This document shows, in pieces, positions 10,650 to 23,756 of a stretch of 64,000 nt of DNA; the stretch's first letter is position 1; each line of letters starts with the position of its first letter. The notes beneath the pieces are model-generated. The model was not told the DNA's origin. It worked only from the letters and a program-made list of their open reading frames with translations, and did not search any database. Origin of the DNA: Octopus sinensis (lineage: Eukaryota); the NCBI RefSeq assembly GCF_006345805.1, contig NC_043001.1:38688001-38752000 (forward strand), read 5' to 3'. Position numbers and translations under genes: made by a program.

Positions 10650-11590
10650 TATATGAAATGATAAGATCCGAGAATTTGCATTATCTTCTCATTTAGACAT
10701 AGTATATTGATTGATTCTTTTGTACATAACCTACAAGTTTATGTATATGAATTATAAGGAGAGGTTCCAGTAACTACTGATCATATTAATTTATAGTTAA
10801 TATTTTGCATTTTTAGAAGGTTAACATATGTTACTAGTGATGAAGAAAATTTAGTTTTAGGGTTAATAAATGAATTCATGTGCACTCAGTATCTAGTTTT
10901 AAAATCAGCTGTGCTCCCAATATATGTTTTAGATTGGTTATGGTTAGATATTAGTACTTGGCTTTTATAGACTAGGTTCTTTTGTTGAATAAATGCCTCT
11001 TAAGGGGCAGTATTCCAGCTTGCAGGAGTTGCATGTTTTTTGCCTCATTTGGGTTTTAAATCATTGTCCCAAATAATTTGCATTGATTTGGTTAGATTCC
11101 AAATTACTGAGAAGCTGTGTTTAGTTCATTAATCACATCCATTTGACTTGTCTGGGTAGGATTTATAACCCCTTGTTGTTGTGATTCACCTATTATATTT
11201 CTTCTTGTATTATCATTAAATATAATATTATTGTTGGGCTCCAAATCAGAGGTTTCCCATAGAGAAACTTTACCTAATGAATGGTTTCTAAGCTTATACC
11301 TATTATTAGCTGCTATAATTGACCTTAGATTTGGTTTTGTGGTGAGGAGTACAATATCTTAATACAAGATTTATTAATATAGAATGACGATGGTTTTGTG
11401 GTAAAAATGGTAAAAAATTCCCATTTTCTAGAAGAGGTTTTATTGCCTGTTTATTTATATTGAATTTCATAGTGGGTTATGCCAATAGTTATCATGATTT
11501 TGGTCGAATTCGATGAATCCAGCATGTGTGGTAAAATGTTGTCAAATGAATCATTCAATATGCTATATATGGAGTAAAATTCTCCCTATT
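10650..11590 (-). mobile_element. Second Penelope-like remnant (GIY-YIG region)
   Basis: Minus-strand translation across frameshifts: KTCNSCKLEYCPLRG / NLVYKSQVLISNHNQSKTYIGSTADFKTRY*VHMNSF / SYNSYT*TCRLCTKES. Confidence 0.8.
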
Positions 11591-11591
11591 C

Positions 11592-11672
<81 letters not shown>

Positions 11673-11960
11673 CATACATACATACATATATATGAACACA
11701 CACATTGTTGTGAAAAACAAAGCTTTATAATATGAAAACATACAAACCTCTTCTTTTGTAGAATTTATAAGCAAGAAGACTCATTATTATTAATAATAAC
11801 GAAAATCCGACAGTGCAACCAATAATTATTCCCATGGGGATTTCTTGCTTTTCTGAAAAGATATATTAAAAAGACCATGAATTATTACATCAATATATAT
11901 AGTAAGTATAACGAAGAATTTTTCATTACTCATGTGTCTCATTTTATTGGGGTACACAAC

Positions 11961-14900
11961 TCATCATCATCATCTTTTAACATCTGTTTTCCATGCTGGC
12001 ATGGGTTGGATGGTTTGTCTAAGGTCTGGAGAGCCAGCAGCTGCACCAGGTTCCAATCTGATCTGCCAATGTTTCTACAGTGGGATGCCCTTCCTAATGC
12101 CAACCTCTCCAAGAGTGTAGTGGGTGCCATCAGCACAGGAGCCAGTTAGGTGGACCTGGCATTGATCACATTCGGATAGTACTTTTTATGTGCCACCAGC
12201 ACAAGAGCCAGTCAGATGGTTCTAGTATTGGCCCCATTTGGATGGTGCTTTTTATGTGCCACCAGCATTGGAGCCAGTCATGTGATCCTGGCATCAATCA
12301 CGTTCAGATAGTGCTTTTTATGTGCCACTGATACGGGAGCCAGTCAGAGGGTACTAGCATCAACCTCGTTTGGATGATGCTTTTTATGCTCCACCAGCAT
12401 GGGAGCCAATTAGGCAGACCTGGCATTGACCACGTTCAGATGGTGTTTTTTACATGCTACCAGCATGAGAGTCAGTCAGGGGACACTGGCATAGACCATG
12501 TTCAGATGGTGCATTTTATGTGCCACGGGAACAGGAGCCAGTCAGGAGGCACTGAGCACAGCTACAATTTTGGTTTTAATTGACTCAACAGGACTTCTCA
12601 AGCATAGCATATCACCTAACGCATCATGGGTACTCTTAAATGGACTGGACATGCAAAACTGGTATCGGCCATGGCAGTGATCTCACTTCAGTTGCCGAGT
12701 CTTCTCAATCACAGCATATCTCCAAAGGTCTTGGTCTCCAGTCATTGTCACTATGAGGCCCAATGTTGAAAGGTCATGTTTCACCACTTCATCCTATGTC
12801 TTCCTGGGTCTACCTCTATCACAGGTTCTTTCCACAGTTAGGGTGTGGCACTTCCTCACACAACTGTCCTCATCCTTATGTAACACATGGCCATATCAGC
12901 GGTGTCGTCTCTCTTGCACACCACATTTGATGCTTCTTATGTCCAACTTTTCTCTCAGGGCACTTACACTCAGTCATGTATGCACACTAGCATTACACAT
13001 CCAGCGGACCATACTAGCTTAATTTCTTTCAAGCCTACGCATGTCCTCTACATTCATAGCCCATGTTTCACTGCTGTGTAGCATGGCAGTTCGCACACAC
13101 GCATCATACAGTCTACCTTTCACCCTGAGCGAGATGCCCTTAGTTACCAGCAAAAGTAGGAGCTCTCTGAACCTTGCCCAGGCTATTCTTATTCTAGCCA
13201 TGACAATGTCAGAGTAACCACCCCACTACAGATTTAGTTGCCTAGTTAGCGAAGATATCAACTACTTCTAGTATTCCCTCCTTGCATGTGATAGAATATG
13301 TTTTCTGTACATCTTCAGTGTTTAATGCACAAAAACTATCTTCCCAGTTAACCTTCCTTTGATATTGCTGCACCTTTTATGTGTCCATAGATTACACCGG
13401 GTACATTGTATGGAGTTTCTACCCATGCCTTTTCTACAGATTGAGCAAGGCCATCTACCTGAAGGGTTTTGTCATTTGTCAGCCTCCCTACTTACTAAGA
13501 CTTTGGTTTTTGCTAGGTTAACCTAAGGCCCTTCAATTCTAGAACCTTGCTCCCACACCCGAAACTCTGTCTCTAGTTCAGGCAGTGACTCAGCTATTAG
13601 AGCAAGGTCATCAGCATAGAGGAGCCTGTCTTGAATTCCTCTGTTATTGCCTGGTGGACTATAATGAATAAGAGGGGACTGAGGACTGATCCTACTTCTA
13701 CCTGGAATTCTTCACTATACTCGTTGCCAACCCTAATCTGATAGCATCTCTGTACAGGGCTTGTACAGCTCTTATCAACCACTTGTCTATCCCCAGTTTT
13801 CACATTGACCACCAGATAAGGTATTGGGGGACCTGTTAAAGGCTTTCTCCAAGTCAATGAAAGCCAAGTACAGAGGTTTATATTTGCCTAGATATTTCTC
13901 TTGCAGTTGCCTTACCAGAAATATAGCATCAGTGGTGCTTCTGCTTGGCAAAAACCAAACTGCATCTTATCTAGGCTAACTCTCTCCCTAATTAGTTGGG
14001 CTGTGACCCTCTCCATAACTTTCATCACCTGATCCAATAATCTGAAACCCTTGTAGTTATTTCTATCTAAAGCATCACCTTTACCTTTGTAGCCCTTGAC
14101 TATGGCTATGACTCCTTCATGAACTACCTGATTTACGATGTGGATGACAAGACCATAACCCACACCACCTGATATTTTAAGCATCTCAGCAGTGATTCCT
14201 GATGGGACAGGTGCTTCCCCTGTCTTCTTATCCTTAATTGCTTAATCTACCAGGTTACTATCGATTCAGGTAGCTGGGCCCTCAATTGAGTCAACCTTTA
14301 GTAGACTCTCCTCCTCCCATTCATTCGCCACATTCAGCAGTCTTTCAGAATGGCATCTCCAAGCCTCTTTCTATACAGAATCATTAAACACAAATGCACC
14401 ATCATCCATGCGAACACATTTCTCTCCTATGACATCATGGTTTTCTCTCACACACTGTCTTGCAATACAAAATACCTCAGTTCTTTCGTCTTCACATTGC
14501 TGAACATTGGCAAACTTCTTTACTGCTACTCCCTTGGCTATATATACCTGTCTTCTATCTTCCCTTTTGGCTATCTGATACAGTTTCCTGCTACCCCCAC
14601 TCTTCCAGGCCTGTTCTTTTTGCTTTAATGGCTCTGTCTACAGTAGTTCCACCACCATGTTACCCTAGGTCTTGAAGGGACTTCACACCAGGTACATATT
14701 TGGCCTTCTATGTCACAGGACTGTAGATCCTCCTCCCCATCATCAAATTTCTTGGTAAGGATATCCCTAAATCTCTGACTATATGAAGGGTTCTTAAGCT
14801 TCCAAGTCCTTCTTTTCCAGACTGGTCTACTTTTTGGTATCCCTAGTCTACATTTACTAATAACTGGTCTATGCTGAGGGATATATTCTTCACCATGGAG

Positions 14901-15640
14901 GGTCTTTATATTTAAGAGCAACCATGCATCTGGCTGTCTGGTGAGAATAAAATCAATCTGGCTAGCTTCCTAAAGTTGGTGTTACAGATCAATAGGTTAT
15001 TTACATTGCAGAACTCTAGGAGCCTTGTTCCCTCTTCATTTCTGGTACCAACTCCATGGCCCCCATGTACACCACGGAAGATACCAGGTTGCTGTCCGAC
15101 ATACTCATTAAAATCTCCAGCCACAAAGTTTAAATCATTGACACTCGTCTTTGAGGTAGCCTGCAGAAGAATATCATAAAAGTGATCCTTCTGTTCATTT
15201 GGTAGACCCGCAGAGATAATTGTAGCTATACTATTCTGTAAGACTAGCCTGAGTTTAAGTACCCTATCGCACACCCTCACTACCATAATGATCTTATCCT
15301 CCTATTTCTCTGTAAGAAGTATGCCCACACCCCCTATTCCATCGCTATTACCTTCCCAGAAAAGTTTATACCTATGTGCTTTGCCTGTGAGGACTCTGGC
15401 TGAAGCTCCTCTCCACCCTACCTCTTGTATGTCTCTGCTGAAGTATCTCTACAATCTCGCTAGACCTACCCTTCAATGTACCTACATTTACAGTGCCAAC
15501 TCTAAAAACTGGGAAAGAGATATGGGAGGTAACACAAGAAGGAGAGATGTTATTCAGCACCTGATAAGACGGTTCCTGTGATTGTTTGGTAATAGACGTC
15601 ATAATAGTTGTTCTTGCTTTTAACCTAATGTCATTCAAAC
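11961..15640 (-). mobile_element. Near full-length decayed RTE-clade LINE (APE + RT)
   Basis: APE motifs FRVGTVNVGTLKGR and AGDFN; RT motifs YKGKGDALDRNNYKG and GSVLSPLLFIIV; 3' UTR with ~60-bp repeats and a (GAT)n tail. Confidence 0.9.
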
Positions 15641-16069
15641 ATGTTAGAATTGTTAAGGTTGTTGCCTCTACTGGGGTGGGGGGAGTAAGGAAGCATTGTA
15701 TATGAAAGTGTTTGGGGAATTGTAAATATGTGTTATGAACATTGTGAATGTAAGCATTACTGATGCTGCAGATATAAATATAAAAAAGAAAAAGAGAGAG
15801 AGACAGGGTAAATGGGCTACTGTCTAGGTTAGTTAGTCCAGAGATGATGGGGAGAGAAAGGAAAGGGCAGTGAGATTACCAATATGAGGAGAGAGGGGAA
15901 GGGTAACAGGATGTCCAGTAAAAGAAATGAAATTTCTGGTATTAATGGTAGGGGTGAGAAAGGGTGGTAGGGGTGATATAGGGTGGGCACAACCACGTAC
16001 AAGAGAGAGTCATTTTAAGGAGCAGAACAAACAAGAAAGAATTATTTTAGAGAAAAAACTAAATATGTA

Positions 16070-16360
16070 TATACATTATTTACAATTGATGGATATTTGT
16101 CCTCATCTTGCTTGTTGTTAACACGTTTCGGCTGATATACCCTCCAGCCTTCCTCAGGTGTCTTGCGGAAATTTCAAACCTGGGTTCTCATTCCTAAGGT
16201 ATTTTTTGATGTTGTTATTATTATTCAGGTTACTGCCTGGAATTGAACTCGGAATCTTGAGGTTAGTAGCCCGTGCTCTTAACCACTACGCCATAGTGGT
16301 TAAGAGTACGGGCTACTAACTCCAAGATTCCGAATTTGATTCCAGGCAGTGACCTGAATA
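16070..16360. mobile_element. Second head-to-head palindrome of the tRNA-headed hammerhead element (right arm resumes at 18093-18118)
   Basis: Full minus-strand monomer 16070-16293, fold-back at ~16291 (aaccactacgccatagtggtt). The right arm is interrupted in its (AAT)n tract by a LINE and continues as aacatcgaaaaataccttaggaatg. Confidence 0.8.
16120..16162 (-). ncRNA. Type I hammerhead, cleavage-site deleted
   Basis: Reverse complement: GACAC CUGAGGA A GGCUG gaggguauau CAGCC GAAAC GUGUU; shortened at the cleavage site relative to the 1395-1440 copy. Confidence 0.65.
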
Positions 16361-16389
16361 ATAATAATAACAATAATAATAATAATGAT

Positions 16390-18057
16390 ATGCTACAAAT
16401 GACAAACAGCTGGAAACACTACTAAAGACAGTTCATAGATTCACCAAAGAAATAGATATGAAATTTGGATTAGAAAAATGCGCCAAAGTAACCCTGAAAA
16501 GAGAAAAACTAGTTAAGAGTAGCAACATCACACTAGATAAAGCCAATGAAATAAGAGAATTAGACCAAAGCCAAACTTACAAATATTTAGGAATCCATGA
16601 ACTAGATAAGACACAGCACACACAAATGAAAGAGAAAATAAAGAAAGAATACTATAGACGAGTTAGATCAATACTAAAAACAGAGCTCAATGCTAAAAAC
16701 AAGATAATAGGTATTAACACTTTAGCCGTCCCAGTTATAAACTACAGCTACAATATCCTTAACTGGATGCTAAATGAACTAACCAAAATAGATAGGAAAA
16801 CAAGAAAAATAATGACAGGATCTAGGATGCATCACCCAAAATCTGACATAGAAAGGCTATATATATAACGTATAGAAGGTGGTAGAGGCCTTATAAAGCT
16901 GGAAAACTACTATAAAATAACCACTATAGGACTGCAAAAATACCTACTTCAGAAGCAAGGAAAACTGATACAAATAGCGGCAAAACAAAAAATTGTTCTC
17001 AGTATTTAAGGAAGCTGACAAATACAAAGAAGAAATCATACCACCTCAAGAAGAAGAAGAAGAAGAAGAAGAAGAAGAAGCAGAAGAAGAAGAAGAAGCA
17101 GAAGAAGAAGAAGAAGACGACGACGACACAACAAAAGCTATAAAGCAAATGAAATCAAAACTAAAGCTAGAACAGCAACGGACCATGATAAAGCGATGGC
17201 AAGAAAAGACCCTTTATGGCAAGTACTGGACTAAGCTAAATGCAAAAGAAATAGACAAAGAAAAATCCCAGCAGTGGTTGAGAAGCTCAGGACTCAAAGC
17301 AGAGACAGAGGGATTTTGCAGCACAAGACCAAAGCGTCCCCACCAGAAATTACCAAAAACATGTAATGAAAAGAAATATAGCAAGTAACTGCAGAATATG
17401 TGGAGATGGACAAGAAACAATAAATCAATAAATCTCTGGCTGCTCAGTCCTGGCCAAGAAGGAATATATTCACAGACACGACAGAGTTGGGACCTACATA
17501 CACTGGAAGCTATACCAACATTATGGAATAACAACAGAAAAAAAATGGTATAGACACACACCAGAAAAGGTCACAGAAAACGAGAAAGTAACCATACTCT
17601 GGGATATGCCAATACACACAGATAGAGAAATTAAGGCCAACAGACCAGATATAGTTGTATGAGATCAGGAAGAAAAAAAATGCTTTCTAATTATGTATCA
17701 ATACCAGCAGATGACAATGTGTCTCTAAAAGAAATGAGAAACTTTCAAAAGACAAAGACCTGGAAATAGAGGTAACTAGAATGTGGAATCTAAAAACAGA
17801 AACAATTCCTATCATAGTAGGTGCATTAGGCATGATAAAAAAATATTCAGACAAATACATAACAAAAACACCAGGACTTACAAACACATATAACATACAG
17901 AAAATTGCACTACTAGACACTGCACACATCCTACGCAGAACACTTTCAATACAGTAACCATCAGAGCATCACAACAAATCACAGCACATACCCAAGGCAC
18001 ACAGAGCTGTGCTTGGTAGTGAAGTGAAAGCACGTTATAAAAATATAAACTACTGAA
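16390..18057 (+). mobile_element. 5'-truncated R4/Dong-like non-LTR retrotransposon inserted in (TAA)n
   Basis: MKFGLEKC, YKYLG, GGRGL, a CCHC finger (CRICG..ETI..SGC), RHD, and the REL motif NRPDIVV...IVGALG; (AAT)n on both sides. Confidence 0.85.
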
Positions 18058-18844
18058 TGATGATGATGATAATAATAATAATAATAATGATAACAACATC
18101 GAAAAATACCTTAGGAATGGGTTTGAATGAATGAGACAATTAAAAACAAGAGAATTCTTAGTTTAGCTGTGCATATTTTCAAGTGTAATGAAATGGCCAA
18201 ACACATGGAATAAACTAATGAGAGTCTGAGAGGGTGGGGAACAGGTGTGGAGGTGACAGCCAGAAATGCACGAAGAGGGCAGACTTTGCCCTAAGGGAGT
18301 AAGAGAAATAGAAGTAAGTAGCAATTGCAACCAGGAACAAGAGGGATACAGACAGGAAAGAAATTATTTTAGAGAATGATATACACTTGGGAACAAGTGT
18401 ATGAGTATTTATATCAACACATACATGTACAGACAATTTGTTTACAATCATTGTAACATAAAGTGTTGGCTACAAATATTATAAATATGTTCTACATTAC
18501 ATTATAGCAATGCATTACAAGGCTCAGTGTCTTTAGGTCATACCTGAAAATATTTTTTATAGTGTTTCATTTTATTACACTTCCATTTTCCTTTCCACCA
18601 CACATTTAATTCAACAAGAATGTCTTTCCATTATAATCCACTAAAAGCAATAGATTTCTCAGCTCACATTAGTATTGCACATCCAACAAATGGTATTAAT
18701 CTAATGCCTACCAGTCCTCATATCATGTTTCCATGCATCATTCAAATCCCCACAAATACACCAAGCAATATACCTCTTAAACGAAGCTGCAAATTTTTGA
18801 ATTTTTTGTATTCAATTGCAACCAAAGTTGTTATAGAGTCACTA

Positions 18845-20000
18845 GAAATGGAGAAAGCCTTTGACAAGATCCCCTGCTCCTTAATCTGGTAGCCAATGAA
18901 GAAGCTAGTGATAATTGAGTGCTTGGTGAGAGCCATACAAGCTATGTACAGGGACGCTGTCAGTAAGGTGAAAGTTGGCAATGAGAAGAGTAATGGATTT
19001 AGTGTACAGTTAGGTATTCATCAAGGATCAGTTCTTAGCTTCCACTTCTTTATCATAGTCCTCCAAGCCATAACAGAATTTAAGACTGATTGCCTTTGAG
19101 AGATCCTCTAAGCTGATGAGCTTGTTCTTATAGCTGAATCTCTACTACAATTAGGGAAGAAATTCTAGGTGTGGAAACAAGGTCTGGAATCAAAGGGCCT
19201 TAGAGTTAATTAAGAAAAGACTGAATTCCTAGTAAGTAGGAAAGCACACGTTATTAATCTCTTCAAGGAGATAGCTGTTCTTGATATGTAGAAAAGGTAT
19301 AGATAGAAATTCCATAAATTGTACTCAGTGTAGCACACAAGAAATACTGCAGTATCATAGGAAGTTTAACAGAAAAACTAGTCTTTGTGTGTCACAGGTA
19401 AGCAGGTACAATAAAAACTAAGAATGTATGAAGTAGGTGGGCAGTTCTTTACAAGTGTAGATAGCTTCCATTACCTTGATGACCAAGTTAACAGTGGAGG
19501 AGAATGCTCTGAAAATGTAGTTGCTAGAATAAGAATGTGCTGGGCAATGTTGCAGGTAACAAAAGGCCTCTCTCTCAGAGTGAAAGGTAGAATGGATGAT
19601 GCCTATGTATGGATAGTGACAGTGAAACATGGGCTGTGACTGCAGAGGGTGAGTGAAGGCTTGAAAGAAATGAAGCCAGCCTATTCCAGTGGATGTGCAA
19701 TGTCAGTGTGCATGTACAATAGAGTGTAAGCATTTTGAGAAAAAAATTGGGTATAAGTGGCAACAGATGCAGTGTGCAAGAGAGAAGACTGTACTGGTAC
19801 AGTCGTGTGATGCATATGGCTGAGGACAGCTGCATAAAGAAGTGCTGATCTGTAAACTTTTAAATGAGGTAAACTGAGGAAGATACGAGACAAAGTGGTG
19901 AGAAATGATCTTCAGATGTTGAGCCTCACACAGGAGATGACAAAGGACCGAGACTTCTGGTGATTTGTTGTGCTTGAGAAGATATGTCAAACTAAGTAAA
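18845..20000 (+). mobile_element. Decayed RTE-clade LINE fragment
   Basis: MEKAFDKIP, GIHQGSVLS and SLRVKGR motifs with many stops. Confidence 0.8.
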
Positions 20001-20624
20001 ATTGTGGCCGTCCATACATACAGGCATGTCCTTTATGGCCGTGCCTTCCTCTCACACTCACCAATGTAATCTGTCCTTTGTCAAAATTCCCCCACTGCCC
20101 ATCTTCCAAATACCTCCCCTTCATTCCAACACCCATAATCCCCATTTGCTGTAGTCACATCCACTCTATCTCAAATGCCTAACTGCATACACTACATGCC
20201 CTCACATATCAATCACACTCCCTCCCAACCATTCCAGTTTCAATTTCTCTCACCATTACTTCCTAAAGTTACCTCATCCTCATCTCTAAACATTTCCCCT
20301 CACACTTTTGTAGAACATCCACTTTCTATTCTCTTCGGACTACTACTACTCCCCACCAGATTCCGATGCAACTTCAACACCATCTATTTCTCTCTCTCTC
20401 TCTCTTTCTCTTGCTTTGAATGTCTCTTCTTTTCTCTCTCTTCTTTTTTCCTGCTGGAGTAGCCAAGTATCTCTTCCATAGTAAGATATTTATCTCTATT
20501 CCCCTATCATATTCTAATCTCTCACTTGGCACTAAGCTACTTCCCTCAGTTCCACTTCCTCTCCCAACTGAGAGGTCTCACAAGTTACTTGGCAACCCCA
20601 CTGGTGCTGGTGCCACATGTGAAG

Positions 20625-20915
20625 GTGCATGGCTTAGTGGTTAGTGTATTTGGCTCATGATAATAAAACTGTTAGTTTGACTCCCAACAGTACATTGCAT
20701 CCTTGAGCAAGATGCTTCAATATCATGTTGCTCCAATCACTGGGTTGACAAAAATTAATTGTACCTGTAATTCAAAGGGCCAGCCTTGCCACATTCATTG
20801 TCACACTGAATCTCTCTGTGGAGTGCTTAGTCACTTGTATGGTAATTTCATGAGCAGGCTGTTCCAATGATCCAATCAACTGGAACACTCATCATCATTA
20901 CCAATGGAGTGCCAG
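20625..20915 (+). mobile_element. tRNA-derived SINE (same family as 45858-46167)
   Basis: A-box tggcttagtgg, ccttgagcaag body; aligns with the reverse complement of 45858-46167. Confidence 0.65.
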
Positions 20916-23756
20916 TTGGTGCCATATAAAAAAGTCATCAGTGCTGGTGTTGCATTAAAAGCACCCAGTACACTCTGTAAGGTGGCGGGCATTAGGAAGA
21001 GCAATCAGCCATAGAAACCATGTCAAATCAGACAATAGGACCTGGTGCAGCTTTTTGCTTGCCAACTTTTATGAAACCATCCAACCTATGCCAACATCAA
21101 AGACAGACATCAAAATGATGATGAGGCCAATTTATATCCTTGTAATAAGGATGTGTTCATTCTGTTAATGCATTAGAAATGTTTCAGACATTACTATGCA
21201 TTATGATGTTTGGATGATTCTTTTCTAATCATTCTTCTCTGTGATTGCACAGACATAACTGTAGTTATATAATGTAGGGTTGAATAGTTCAGCATTTTAA
21301 ACAGTGACAGCACAGTAAAAACAATATGTCCGTCGGGTTACACTAATGATTTCAAACCCACACAATTACGTGGCAATCTTTTCTGGGGAAAGTGGCAGTG
21401 CATGCCGGAACTGTGTGTACATGTAACTGCTGGCTAAGGTCCCCTAATCAGCCTCATCTAAGCATTATAATTCTTGAATTTTAACATGTGATTTCAGAAC
21501 TATTGTTCATAAGAAAAGTTCTTATTGCAGAATCTGTCAAAAGCTATAAATCAAGAAAAAAATAAAGAGACTAAGGCCAATATAGCATTTGCAGTTTGTT
21601 AAACTGGATAATAAATTAAATTCCTGCCATTTCATATAGTGATATGAATTGTTTGTAACTATCCCAGAATACTTTATAAATATGGTCTACACTAGGAGTG
21701 AGGAGCTCATCACCTGATTTTAAATTTGAAATTACTCAATGAGAAAATCTATAAAGATCCATATGAAAAAAATTTAAATAGTAATGTAATATATATAGCA
21801 TACCTATGAATTTGAAAGATTCATTAATTTTCTCAGTAAAAATGTACCTCAGAAATTCTTATACACCTTTCAATTTACTTTTCATACTGAACAGTTTCCC
21901 CAACTCTTCTTTAGGCCATTGGTCTTTGATTAATGAAAACCACAGATGAACCATCATCTTCAAGCAATCTACATGCATGGAACTGTTTCTAATTTGGTGT
22001 GGCCAATGTTATCCTATCTCAGACAGGTTCTGAAGTTTTTAACTTTTTCTACTTAGTGCTGCTTTGTAGTGACTTGACATCATTTAACTTGCAATAACTG
22101 CATTAATTCACATCTGTTTTCTATACAGGCACAGCGAACTGTTTGACAGGAGCTGGTAAGTCTGGGAGTCACATCAAGCTTTAGTGTCTGTTTTCGCATT
22201 GTTTTTACAACTGGATCTCCTTCCTAGTGCCAAGTGTACAACTGACAGATTGATTAAATATCCATGAACATTGTATAGGGAATCATATAAATCAAAATAA
22301 CTTAAGAGATTTAACCAATTTGGACCAGTAGAAAGGCCAAAAAGAGGTAATATTTCAGTATTTATATGCATTCGTTCACTGTTTCCCTATTTCAGCAAAA
22401 ATGCCTTACTACATTTAAAACAACTCCATTTAAACTACATAGAAAATATTTAAATAAACACACTAAAAATAGTTAATCAACTTGAAAACATCATCACTAA
22501 AATTGAGGGAGTAGTTTCCCAATATAAGTTTTGTCATCTTCACACCCTACTCCAAAAAACCAAACTACACCTCTCCACTTCCTCACATTTCCTCTTTTAA
22601 TGCACTATGCTTATCTCTTGCTCCCCAGTTCTGTCCACACTGCACTGCTCACAGTATCATTACTATCCTGTTGTCCCCTACCCACTCTATATGCCCAGGT
22701 TTTACCAGTCACTGCATATCCCACCCCCATACACCTTGCATTCACATGAAACCTCTACTCTCTATACATGTACCTTGGCAACACCCTCCCTTTTATATTC
22801 TGACCCCATGTCTTTAGAGCATACTCTTCCACCTTGCTACCACTGATCTCCTTGTGGCTCTCCTCTACCATCCCATTTATATTCTGATCCCCATTCCTTA
22901 TGAGCATGCTCTGGTGCTTTACCACCATCACTCTCCTGCTCTCTTGCACCCTCTTTCTCTTTCTCCTGCTCTCTTGCACTCTCCCTCTTTCTTTTGCTCT
23001 CTTTCACTCCCTTTCTCTATTTCTTAGACTGGTTAACTATGTGTCGGTTCTACAGCAACACACCCATTACTGGCCTCAATCTCGATCAATCCTTCTCTCT
23101 CCTTCTGACTGGGTAACCATGTATCACCTCTACAGCAACACATCTATTTGTTTCTCTGTCATACACTAACCTTTCATCATCTGGCACAAGATCACCTCCA
23201 ATGCCACATCGTCTCTCAAAGGATTTTTATGTTACAAGTTATTTGGTGACTCTCTTAGTGTTGGTGCCACATAAAAAGCATCCATTCCACACTGTAAAGT
23301 GGTTGGCATTTGGAAGAGCATCCAACTGTAAAAAAAAAACATGCTAAAACTGATCTCAGTTGTGCTGGTGTCACATAAGCATTCAGTCCATTCAGTGGAG
23401 TGGTTGATGTTAGGAAGGGCACCGAGTCATAAAAATCATGTCAAAACAGAAAACATAGCATGGTGCAGTCTTCTGCTTAGTGATCGCTAGTCAAAACGTC
23501 CAACCCATGCCAACATGGAAAGCAGATGATGATAAGGATGATTTCTGAAAGGAAAATTATTTGTACTTACACATGTAATACTGAGCAAGAAACAAAGCTA
23601 AACTAGACGCTCTGACATTAAAACCCAGAGCTGACTATAACACTTAAACTGAAAGTAGAACTTTAAGTATTTTATGAATATATTAATAAATTACAAACAA
23701 TTCTATATAACATAAAATAACATTTTAAATGATTAAAGAAGCATGTAACAACTTAC

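Noticed and set aside
12130-12560. CRISPR-like regularly spaced repeats
   Set aside because: Whole units, including the would-be spacers, are homologous; the context is a eukaryotic LINE 3' UTR with no cas genes.
16230-16355. Possible tRNA-Ser(ACT) genes
   Set aside because: There is no acceptor stem or long variable arm, the T-stem is imperfect, and the sequence is always attached to the same repeat body. It is a SINE head, not a tRNA gene.
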